DNA of 63,520 nucleotides, filler included, from Stramenopiles sp. TOSAG23-2 (Eukaryota): NCBI GenBank assembly GCA_900128395.1. It is 7 parts of 7 records of this genome, joined end to end, with 100 filler letters (N's around TTAATTAATTAA, not from the genome) between each part and the next. Parts side by side here need not be neighbours in the genome. Positions count along the whole stretch, not along the records: positions 27,626 to 55,110 come from LT649416.1; 6 more parts are not named here. The stretch is one strand, 5' to 3'. The notes below the pieces were generated by a model. That model worked only from the letters and a program-made list of their open reading frames with translations, was not told the origin of the DNA and did not search any database. A program made the translations under genes and the position numbers. Shown piece after piece: positions 32,959 to 44,100 of this stretch. Numbering within the stretch: the first letter of the stretch is position 1; each line of letters opens with the position of its first letter.

Positions 32959-35900
32959 CTAATAATGTTGAACATCCAGATTCTGACCAACGATCGATCC
33001 AATATTAGCAAATGCTTCATCGATTTCGGAACTGCTAGATATTTCAATGATTTCACCAATGCATTTATCCGCATTAGAGTTTGCAACATGTCGCATATCA
33101 TCTAATGCCTGCTTTTCCGTAACACCAACGGATAAAATAACGATATTGATTCTTAGTCGTTTGATTAAATTGCCGACTTGAGCAGGAGTAAATTTCTTTG
33201 ACTTATTGTCTTCCCCATCACTAACACATACAATCCATGAATCTACTTTTTTATTGTTGATGGAACCTTCCTTCAACATTTCAATCGCAGCACCTAATCC
33301 ATCCCACAATGCAGTGGCACGGCTTGGTTTTGATAAGTTGGCAATGATATCATATAATTTATCCTTATCACCTGTTAATTCGCACATTGTAGTTACACTT
33401 GAATTAAATCTAATAACAGCAGCTTTATCCATCCCTTGATACATATGGTCTCTAACTACACTAGTAATACCCTCACGTGCTCTGCGTATTTTACCACCCG
33501 ACATACTGCCACTATAATCAACGACGAATATGACATCTTTTGGATTTCCACCTCCAGTGGCTCCTTTATTTTTTGCTAATTCTTCTGCATAAGATTGGCA
33601 AAATTTCACAGACAATCGTTCAAAATTTCGATTGACAACGGCTTCCATTCTAATAAAGATTTGTGCAATAGTATATTTTTTAGTTCGCTGACTGCATGAT
33701 AATGCTTCTTTGAACAAACTTAATGCTTGCATATCATGCCGTTTTTGTGGATCATTTGCCATCATAGTTGCAGCATCAATCAAACCGTTTTGAAATGCTT
33801 GAAATAATTCTTCTTCTTCTTGATACTGAGACTTAGAACGTTTAAGCTGGTCTCTAGTCATTCCTTGAAGTCTTTCTGCTGTTAATTCAGCATGTTCAAA
33901 CATTGCAACACGGTTACGCAATATATTTAATTGCCCCATAACTTTTTTTTCAGCAAGTTGATATTGACCCAAACCAAATAAAACTTCGCCATATAAACCA
34001 ACTCTAGCACTGTACCCAAGTAAGTTATTCGTATTTGTATCTAACATCAATGCTTGCTCGAGCATAATTTTAGCTTGATTGTATTTATTTAACTGCGCTG
34101 TGTCGACAAGTAATTGCGAATAATGATGTAAACGGGCTGCTAATTTATCAGCCATGTCATTACCAATTAAACGTTTTGGAATTCTTACGTCTTGATCTTC
34201 ATCAATTCTTGCCGAATCATCTGAACTTTGCTGTTGCATGACGGGATCCATCATGATTGGAGCTACGGCCATTGGCTGCCCTTTCCCACTTTGCTGCCCA
34301 CCACCTCTAGTTTGCAATTCAATCCCACCTGGATTGATAGGAACAACGAATTCCTCATCATCTTTCCCATTATTATTCAATAAGGAATTCCATATCTCGT
34401 TTCCATTGTCAATTGAAAGTTTATAAAAATTTTCCGCATCTGCGTATGCTCGCATATTCTGTTTCTCACTTTGCAACCATATTTTGTGGGAAATGACACC
34501 TAAATTGAACGTAGCAATTCCTTCCCCTCTTACATTGGACAAAGATTTAAACATATTTCTAGCTTCATCGTATATCATAAATGCCGATTTCAAATCGTTT
34601 TTCGCAGCACTCTCAGAACCAAACCGTAATGCCATTAACATATGCTCAAAACTTTCTTTCATCATGGACACTTCTTTACAACCTTCATCCTCTGGTTTAA
34701 TTAAATCATTCACATGAAGTTCAAATCTACCAACCTCACCACGATTTTTTTTCCCTCCACGCCTTTTATTCGGTTGACGAGCATCCGCCTCGTCTCTTGC
34801 AATATCCCTAATAATCAAATCGATAACACGAGTTAAAGATTGTACTGGTAACACAACAAAATGCGCAACTTCAACTTGCATCCAAATAAAAATAAGCGAA
34901 GAGACAACAACCATAGCGATAAATATGCCAACTTGAGTTTCTACTATAGAGGCTATCAACTTTTCAACTTGCGTAGCTGGTAATCGTATATCGGTATCCG
35001 GGACTACAAATGCTAATGTGTATTTTGGTGTTTTCACCGGTGCATATGCAATATGCCATACATTATCACTTTTATTATATGTACCTAATGAAGGTACTGT
35101 TAATGGATCAATCAATCTTTTATATATGTCATTTACAAATGCCGTAGCTTCAAAATCATTAGCACTTTTAAATTCCCATCGGATTAATTGAGTATTACCA
35201 CTATCAATATCAGCAGCGGCTAATCCAGGATAAACAACTAATTTCCCAGCATCTTCTATATTTGGTTTACCATATTCTTCATATTTATAACCTTGATCTG
35301 CTGTTACTAAATATGCATATCCATGTTGCAATACTTTTGCCGATAAGACAATTTGAGCCAAACGTGCAATAGAAACATCATACCCAACAACAGCTAAAAG
35401 TTTGTTGTTATTATCATAAATCGGTGTCGATACGGTAATAACCAATTCATCTGTCGTCGCATCAACGTATGGTGGTGTTACCATCGTTTTCCCAGCTTGC
35501 TCACATTGCCAATACCATGGACGATGCCTTGGATCATAGCCACTGCGTGTTATGCCATCCCTTGCTGATTTTCGATCTTTAGTTACTCGACCTGCGGAAT
35601 GTCCATATGGAAATGTACGAAAGACGCCATGCCCATGTGTTCCAATATACATAAATTCAATTGCTTCATTGGACAGAAAAGTTTGTTGAAACAATTCACT
35701 TATATACGAAGTTAATTTAATCTCTTCAAGAAGGGCACTGTCTAAATTCTTAACATCGCGAAATTCATATGCTGGATCTGGTACGCATGGAGTGCCTTTA
35801 CCCCCTTCACAGTTACCTGTAGCACCTCCTTGGGATGGACCCATTTTCCCCGTTGCTCGTGGATGCGGCCAATAGATACCAGTCGTTTTTAACGAGATAG

Positions 35901-36432
35901 TTAATTTTTCAGCACTTGTAACTTGCCCAGCACCTTCCACGACACGGCCAGCAGTTAATGGAATTTCTGGATCAAACCAACAATTTTTTAATACATTTTG
36001 GTTCTGTATTTGGGAACATACATTCGAATTGGGAGGGGGGCTTTGTTCAATTAGCTTCATATCATATTGCAATTTATTAACTTCAGTAAGTGACACAGGT
36101 AATGTAAATTGGTATCCACCTTCCGGCATAACATTATTTGTTGCTGAAAATTTTTTATTCAATATTTTTGTGGCAAAGTCTTGTGCCATATTTGCCTCAT
36201 CAAACATTTGTCCCATAATCTCTTCAGCAAATCCAGCTTGTGCAATAGCAAGACGTTGCAATGACTCCGTTTCTTCCTTCTCTAATGATTTCACAACTGG
36301 TACCATCCATTTCGTAGCATTTAATTCAATTAAACTAACACTGACAGCTATAATAATGATAATTCCAGTTAACAAGGGGACACCCGTAGCCACACGTAGA
36401 ATAGTTTTTAACGAGTTGTTCTGTAAACACAT
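32959..36432 (-). CDS. Receptor A: TM-dCache(amino-acid motif)-TM-HAMP-like-TPR-vWA
   Basis: N-terminal TM; YDPRHRPWY...PPYVD...VVGYDVS; TM2 then LPVQSLT...EVSMMKESFEHML (HAMP-like); TPR-like helices; vWA with DYSGS, T and SDGED (MIDAS). Confidence 0.85.
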   Translation of the reverse strand: MCLQNNSLKTILRVATGVPLLTGIIIIIAVSVSLIELNATKWMVPVVKSLEKEETESLQRLAIAQAGFAEEIMGQMFDEANMAQDFATKILNKKFSATNNVMPEGGYQFTLPVSLTEVNKLQYDMKLIEQSPPPNSNVCSQIQNQNVLKNCWFDPEIPLTAGRVVEGAGQVTSAEKLTISLKTTGIYWPHPRATGKMGPSQGGATGNCEGGKGTPCVPDPAYEFRDVKNLDSALLEEIKLTSYISELFQQTFLSNEAIEFMYIGTHGHGVFRTFPYGHSAGRVTKDRKSARDGITRSGYDPRHRPWYWQCEQAGKTMVTPPYVDATTDELVITVSTPIYDNNNKLLAVVGYDVSIARLAQIVLSAKVLQHGYAYLVTADQGYKYEEYGKPNIEDAGKLVVYPGLAAADIDSGNTQLIRWEFKSANDFEATAFVNDIYKRLIDPLTVPSLGTYNKSDNVWHIAYAPVKTPKYTLAFVVPDTDIRLPATQVEKLIASIVETQVGIFIAMVVVSSLIFIWMQVEVAHFVVLPVQSLTRVIDLIIRDIARDEADARQPNKRRGGKKNRGEVGRFELHVNDLIKPEDEGCKEVSMMKESFEHMLMALRFGSESAAKNDLKSAFMIYDEARNMFKSLSNVRGEGIATFNLGVISHKIWLQSEKQNMRAYADAENFYKLSIDNGNEIWNSLLNNNGKDDEEFVVPINPGGIELQTRGGGQQSGKGQPMAVAPIMMDPVMQQQSSDDSARIDEDQDVRIPKRLIGNDMADKLAARLHHYSQLLVDTAQLNKYNQAKIMLEQALMLDTNTNNLLGYSARVGLYGEVLFGLGQYQLAEKKVMGQLNILRNRVAMFEHAELTAERLQGMTRDQLKRSKSQYQEEEELFQAFQNGLIDAATMMANDPQKRHDMQALSLFKEALSCSQRTKKYTIAQIFIRMEAVVNRNFERLSVKFCQSYAEELAKNKGATGGGNPKDVIFVVDYSGSMSGGKIRRAREGITSVVRDHMYQGMDKAAVIRFNSSVTTMCELTGDKDKLYDIIANLSKPSRATALWDGLGAAIEMLKEGSINNKKVDSWIVCVSDGEDNKSKKFTPAQVGNLIKRLRINIVILSVGVTEKQALDDMRHVANSNADKCIGEIIEISSSSEIDEAFANIGSIVGQNLDVQHY

Positions 36433-37301
36433 TTTCTTCTTTTTTATTTCAACAAATTTAGTTAAAGCGTAATGCAGTAATGTAGTAATTTGTATTTGTT
36501 ATATGCGTTCGTTTGTCAACATATATATAACGTCTCTCCTCTCGCGATATAGTCTTTCTTTAATTATCCTCTTTTTCTAGTTATTTATTCAAAATGTATA
36601 ACCTAGATAACCGGGTGGTGGTGCATAATAGCGATACATTAAAGTGCGTGATGATACATGGGTGCAAAAAAGTGCTCTTCCGTGTGAGGTTAAATTTTGG
36701 TGAGCGTTTAATTCTATTAATACTGTGTTCATGTTAAAAAGCACTATAAACGAAAACCCAAAACAAATTAAATTAAAAATTTCGAATTTTTCTAGAAGAA
36801 TCTGTTTGGTGACACAACAACGTGCATAAAAATTTGACTTTATTGTAAAATAACTTTTTGTATTAATACTATGTCTACTATATAATACTGACAAAAAGTA
36901 CGATTGGTTTTGCAATAAATAATATATTTGAAATTTCCATAAAATTCAAATTGGCCCCTATTATGCACATATAATACATCTGTATTTATTGGTTATTATT
37001 GGGGTATAGTTCATAGTGCCATACCAGGCATACAAACATATATATATATATATATACTATAGACTATACAATTTTTGAATAAATCTAGTAGAATAAAAAG
37101 GGATAATTAGAAAAATAAGATTATAAGATATATACATATATATAAAACCGTATTATATAGTAGAATATATATATTTATATTTTTTGTTGTTGTTAAAATA
37201 TCAATCATTTACTGACATTTAAAAAAAAAACGTATTACAGGTATATAATAAAAAATATCATTTTGAAAGAATAAATAAATATATAATTATTATATCTAAA
37301 C

Positions 37302-39157
37302 ATGGCAAACCGAAGAAAAAAAGAGAACAATCAATACAAACAAAAAAATTTGTGGGTGCATAAGTGTCAATTTACGAAATTACACTATCAAACAACAAAT
37401 CAGTACCGGTCTTATATCAGTCTCGTTTATCATATTACTTTCCTTGTGCTTGGTCAGTATTATATCAATTGTTGATCTTGGAAACCAAACTTCAAAAGCG
37501 GCCATGGACAATTTAAGATTACAGATCGAAACAAATGCTAGAAATTTCTCTACGTTAAATGCAGATGAAATCAGTGCCACTTTGCAACGCAGGGCAGCTG
37601 CAGCAAATTTGATTGCATATGCTATGAGTGATTTTTACTTAGCCACGGAACTAACATTTGATAAGGATGCGATATCCTACTTTGATGAACAAGTGACAGC
37701 TGGTTCACCAGTCCCAGGGGTTACGTTTAATAAGAACGATAATAACTTTCCATTGTATAAAACAAAGGAAACATCGAGTTATTATATACCTAAAACAACT
37801 AATACTACAGCAGGCACACCAGCGCGAGCACGATTGAATGGTTGCTATTTACCAAAAGGAGATACGCTTCGACAATATGGAACTCCAATGGATGAGTCAG
37901 GTTGTAAAGAGTTAACAACGGTGTTAGCAAGTGACCCATTGTTGGTGAAACAAATTCAACGTAGCGTAAAAATCAATCGTTACTTTAAAGATTTTTCAAA
38001 AAAAATTCCTGATATCTATGCAATATACTTTGGCTTCCGTTCATCTGGCCTATTTAGACAGTTCCCTGGGAGTAATGACAACTCAGACGGAAACACTCCA
38101 CGTACGTATGATCCAAGAAAGCGACCATGGTATTTAGATGCAATGAATGGAAAGAAATACGCATCAAGTACAACAGGGGCATGGTTTGGCCAAACGATTA
38201 TTACAGCACCATATCAAGATTTTTGGAGTAAAGTATGGATGGTAACAGTTGCAAAAGCAGTTTACGATGACGTCAAAAATTTAGTAGGTGTATTAGGAAT
38301 TGATGTTAGCATCAAAACCATACAAGATGAAATTCTTAAAGTACATTTCTTAGAATCAGGTTATGTTATATTGACTGAATCTGCATCGAGATCAGCAAGC
38401 AATATGAAAGAAAGACTTGTCGTTTCTGCGCCAAATTTTGAAAGTTACGTTACAAATGGAAATGTATATTTTAAAGATGTACTGCCATCCGTTGCAAGCA
38501 ATTCCACGTTATTCAATAGTTTGTGGTCGGAAACAAATGTCAAATATTACTCAGAACGGGAAAATGATGAAGAAAAAAACTATTTACTTGCATATAGCAG
38601 TGCTGGCAGCACAATGTTTCGTGAACGGTATACTGTTTTTATAGTTATTCCGGAAGGGGAAGCATTAGGCGTTTTGCCAACATTAGAAAAAACAATTCTT
38701 GAAACAATAGAGGAAGTTGTTGGAATTGTCAGCGCAACTTCCATTACTACTGGTCTTGTCACTTTATTGATAATTATTACGGTAACAAATTCGATATCAA
38801 AGCCTGTACAAGCAATGGTTCAAATAGCTCAATCCATTGTCAAAGGTGCAGCTGAACAGAATTTAGTGAAAGACTTTGAAAGACAAGAACGAGCAATGAA
38901 AGCAGTACGTGATTATGCCGGAGTGAAAGAAGGCTTTACAAATGCTGATGCAGGAAGGAGAAAAAATTAATAATGAGATGCAATTATTGGCAAGGAGTTT
39001 TTTGACGATGACTAGTGGTTTGAAACGAGATGCCAATCGAGAGAAAGCACTTGTTAAGCATCCAATTAATCCATATCACATGGATCAAGAAAGTGAATTT
39101 ATGGGTGATTTTATAGATCAAAATTTAGCAGTGGAAGTTGAAGCAAAACAAATGTAA
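37302..39157 (+). CDS. Receptor B: TM-dCache(amino-acid motif)-TM-HAMP-like with short tail; two +1 frameshifts in A-runs (37316-37322, 38961-38966)
   Basis: Reconstructed MANRRK-RTINTNKKICGC...TM1; YDPRKRPWY...APYQD...VLGIDVS; TM2-SISKPVQAMVQIA...NEMQLLARSFLTM. Confidence 0.8.
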
Positions 39158-39503
39158 TTTAACATGTGGAGTTTTTTTTTAGAGGAGATTTAAAGCGAAT
39201 GATCAAACTACGAACTCCAGTTCGTATATTGGAATATATATTTTTTACGGAATATATGATATTAGAAATGTTTAATTTTTTTAATTACGTCCCGTAAAAA
39301 ACAAAAGTAAAAAATATTAACACAGATACGCGAGAGTATTTATTATAAAAATCTACGACGTATGTGTATGATATTTGTAATACAAAGTGTATCATACGTA
39401 CTCGTATATATCATATCATACGCTTCAGTATCATACAATACCGAATATATTTTAATAAATATTTTAAAAAATCAGTGCACATATTTCCCGCCTCCCCGTT
39501 TTT

Positions 39504-41106
39504 TTATTTTTTATCCTCTTTTCTATCTTCTTCTTCGGTATCAAAACAACGAAGATTTTCCCTCACTTTCCCCGCTGCTACCCATTCATTTATAAAATCG
39601 TTTTTAGCCTCCTTTGATATATGTGCATTGAATCGTATATCGACTGTGGTTACACTTGTACTATTTAATGCATATGCTTTTAAAGCATCGAAACCTTCCA
39701 TACCAATCATATTACCACTCAATTCAATTTCTTCCAATGCCATTACATCTTCATTGTCTAACTTAACCAATTCGTTCACCAATGCTATTATACCATCTGA
39801 ACTAATGTCATTTTCTCTCAAATCCAATCTCGTCAGATTTCTAAAGCAAGGAGACTTTTCATCATCTGCAAGTGCAGCTGCAAGACTTTTAACCCCACCA
39901 TTGCCAATGTTATTACCTGCAATTGATAAGTCATCGAGCCTGGCTGTGTACGACATGCCTTGCAATATGGCATCAAAACCTTCTTCATTCATATTAATAA
40001 ACATCAAATTCAATATTCTTAACTTGTTGCATCGCTGAATGATTTTAAATAAGACTTTGCATCCCACCGGTCCAAGAGGATTTTTGCTTAAATTTAATAT
40101 TTCAAGGTTCCTCCAGTCACAATTTGAATCTAAAATAGTCTCTAAACCATATGGATCAACGTGGTTGTCTGATAAATTCAACATATTTAAATTTAAAACG
40201 TTTTTCAATATGAATTTAATTGTATCGCAATCTCTATTAATAATATTTTTCCCCGACAAATCCATGACATCATAATGACCACCTTCTAATTCTTTCTCAT
40301 TCGGTTTGCCAATCAACTGCCTGATTTTCCTCTGTTGTTTCTTAAGAAATGGGCGTTCCCATAAATATACTGAATATAAATGACAAAATACCATAAGCCA
40401 TGATATAATCAACGTTGGATACCAGAATAAGCCTATGATATTGTTCAATCCTTGATCGACCTTTGCATTCCTAAAAAAATCTTCACACCCATCCTCTACT
40501 GCTTCTTCTGAACATGCATTGAACATACCCCTTTTCCAAAAAAGATTGCTTTCATCGGCCATATGTTTCGGCATATGGCCCATAAAGACTGCAAAAATAA
40601 CAATCCAAACTAAGTTGAAAGACAGGATAACGCCTTTATAAACTATATTTTCCCCACTTTGATTTAAATAAAACCCGCCAAATAAAAACACAAAGCCACT
40701 TTGGATTACAGAAATGATCATTGCAACATCGTGGAAAATCATGATGGGAACATAAATGAAACCCATGAAGGCTAACAATGGTAAATGGATACATGTTAGC
40801 GTAGCGATTAGAATTAAAGTTGTTTCGATTTTCATCGCTTTGCGTCTCTGTTGGAAAAATGCAGTTGAAGTTAATCTCGCAAGAGTACTACTTAATCTCG
40901 CACGAATACCATCATCAATTTCATTATCACCATTTGCTAACTCTGCTTCTAAGATTACCCTTTCGTAATTTGTTTCTATAACAAAAATTTCTAATACTGC
41001 TATTAGCACCCTTTGCCAACATTTCTGGCCATAGATAGAACTTTCTACTAACATATGCTCTAATTTCCAAAGCAACATACCTATAGAAAATTCTATTAAT
41101 GCTAAT
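39504..41106 (-). CDS. Giant gene part 3: further TMs plus RI-like leucine-rich repeats
   Basis: LNLSDNHVDPYG, LNLSKNPLGPVG, LSIAGNNIGNGG, LDLRENDISSDG; overlaps part 2 in the +1 frame. Confidence 0.75.
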
Positions 41107-44100
41107 TATCAATAAGTTTAGGCAATATAATAAAACAAAAAGAGGGGGATTTAAAATATTTTGGATGAAAATATAGAAAAACCAAAACACGACTGGAAAA
41201 ACAAGTCGAAAATACTTTGAATGTGGCTCCATGTCGTCGTCTAGTATCCTTCTATCATTTTCCATTTGTGCATTAGGGAAAAGTTCATTATCTCTTTTCT
41301 TAACACAACATTTACAACCAAAGATGTGAACAAAAACACGCATTGGTTGGTAAAAAGGAAAGGTCAAGATGTGCATAATGGCGAATGGAAATGCAAGCGG
41401 TATGACCAACAATCTATTATACCATTCAACCTTATTATCTCCAGTACATTTTATTACCTTCCATACCTCTGGTAAATACATGCCATTTACCCCCGACATT
41501 TCCAAGTAACCTAAAACACCAGAAAAAACTATAAAGACAAACATAAATGCCTCTATTGCAAGTATTACTAACCCGAAAGAAAACCCTGCAATACCAACAA
41601 TAATTTGTACAACTATCATAAAAGATTTCCCAAGACATGGCATTAATGTTTCAATAGCAAAGTGTCCCAATGCCAGCGGGAAATATTGGAAAAACAGAAA
41701 ATGTTTAGTTGGAAATCCAACTTCACCATATTCTTTGAGTCGCTTATCTTTATATTTTTTATTATATTTTTGACTTGTTGCTTCACGCAAAAGCACAGTT
41801 GATCCACACAGCACATATTGTATTGGCATTGTTGCCAACCAAACTACAGACACAATAAAATATGCAGGAATTAGTGAGCCAGCATGGACTATGCCGCCTT
41901 TAAAGCTGAGACCATCTTCGAAGCAAGGGCCATATGGAGTGATCGAAATCACAATCAATAAAGGAATACAGATGCACCCACAAATTATTGCAAAAATAAT
42001 TGCAATGCCATATGCCATTCCTTTTAAAAATATTTTAATTACAACATCATAAGAAAACCATTTAAGTTGCCTCCAAAAAATAGAGAAGAAAAGTACATGT
42101 AAGTTCAATATAGAAGATGTGGATACTTGCATAATGAGCACGGATGGATCTGGGCTCAGCGCAGTCTCCATATTCTTCTCTACACCCATATGTACATCAT
42201 ACGCCATTTTGACAATATGTGGCTCAATATCTTGATATTTCTCAATATAATTAGCGTATACATCCTTTTCGACTTCATCATCGCCATCTTTACCAATGGC
42301 ATGTGGTACTACCTTTTCCTTGCTGCGCCCTTTATATTTACCACAGCAAATTGCTCTCCATGCTGCAACAACTATACCTTTCTCATCATTACTTTTTGCA
42401 AAACAAAAACAATAAAGGAACATCAACGGGAAAATAGCTAAGTTTGTGAACGGGTATATATGGAGTAAAATGGCGTACATGAAAAGGGCAAGTATTGTTG
42501 GGATAAGATCCCGTTTTTTGTCTTTAACGTTTCCAACACTTTCTATGAAAGTCCCAATCAATAGAACATTGGAACAAATTACAATACTCATGGCCAATGA
42601 TAAGGAGCCAGCAATTAATCCAAAAACAAGCAATATTAATCCAACGCATAAATAATATAATAATGAACCAAACAATTGGCCGATATTTTTGCCACATTTA
42701 CAGGTCGTATTTAGAATATCATTTAATCGTTCTGCCAAATGTTTCCATACTATATTCCAAATTTTATTCTCGAACGTTATGTTTGGATCAAAAAAATCAT
42801 TAAATAATTGAAATTTACAAACCAAAAGATTCAAAACAACCCCCAACAAGAAAAACGTAAAGAAATAAAATACAAATTGTATCGTTATTAATGTTGCATT
42901 GAACGCTATTTTAAACAAATTGGAACGAATATTTAATTTATCAGACTTCTTTAATCTGTTTGATTGCAACACCACTTTTAGTGCCTCTACAGTTTTTGCC
43001 ATGTCTTTTTCATTTGCTAAATATACTTTTGACAACAGCGCCTCATCAAACATGTTTAGTTCTAACAAAGCAAGATAGGCTTTATTGGAAGATATGCTTT
43101 TGTCGTCTTCCTCTTTTTCTCCATCTTCAATTGTATCTGCTTTGTCAGTAGTATCTGATAGCTCTTCTTCTACGTCAATATTGTCAAGATTTAGCATGGT
43201 TTCTTTCTCGTGCTTAAATTTTGACTTTACTTCCTTGAATTCTTTATATGCGCGCTTCGAGTTTTTAATCCACGTTCGCCATTGAATACAACCGAGTCTA
43301 ATAATTAATGACATAATACACATTGATACATAAAAGATGATTCTTACTGGAAGATAATATAGACTAAAAATCAAAAATTTCCCTGTAACATCGCGAATAA
43401 GGAATATCATTACAATTTTTGTTCCTTTCAAAAATTTTGATATAACCCAAATCGTACCAACGATAGTATGCACTATAATTTTACCAAGCATGGTAAAACA
43501 GTTGCTAGGAATCGCATAAAATTTCTGATAAAGACGTATCTCCTCAAGTCTGTTATCCAAACATTTTGCAATCTGTTTGTTTGTACGATTGCAAATAATT
43601 TTTTCCAGCCTCTTCAGAACGGCGTTTTGAGCTGTTTGCCTTAACCTGCTACGTCCAATCGAATTTGCATTAATAAAATCTGGTGTCTTTTTTAATTCTA
43701 GATACATCAGTGCCCCATACAATTTAAATATTGGTTCTTTTTTCTTCGTATTAAATTTATCACCATTATTTTCCATAAAGTCTATCAAAGCATTTTTATC
43801 ATTGTTTCTAAGTTTTTTTCTTTTGTGGCACCAACCAAGATCAAACATTAATTTTTTGAATTGTATACAGGTAATACATATCATAATTGTCATAAACAAT
43901 TGGAACGGAAAAACGATCAGGAAAAGAACACTTTCAAGGAACCATGGGATAAGAACCGCAAAGAATATTTTACTATATCTACCCGTGTCCGGATCTTTCA
44001 TGTCCTTATAATACTCCAACAGATTTCCACTGACAAAAACGACTATTACCATTGGAAATTGTATAATCACACAAAGAAACGTTACAATCCCACTTATTAC

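Noticed and set aside
18014-38970. Euplotes-type AAA-TAR +1 frameshifting or stop-codon reassignment as a general rule
   Set aside because: The AAA-TAA at 18014-18019 needs a -1 shift, the other breaks lack an exact AAA-TAR motif, and TAA, TAG and TGA all terminate well-conserved genes.
32959-39157. Bacterial contamination (MCP or histidine kinase genes)
   Set aside because: No MCP hairpin or kinase domain; same contig and sequence style as eukaryotic genes such as STE24 and the EGF protein.
40976-41080. GTATGT...TAG intron explaining the part 2/part 3 junction
   Set aside because: The best-looking acceptor gives a 105-nt in-frame intron that does not change frame; a single extra base explains the junction more simply, though a 40-nt GT..AAG intron cannot be excluded.
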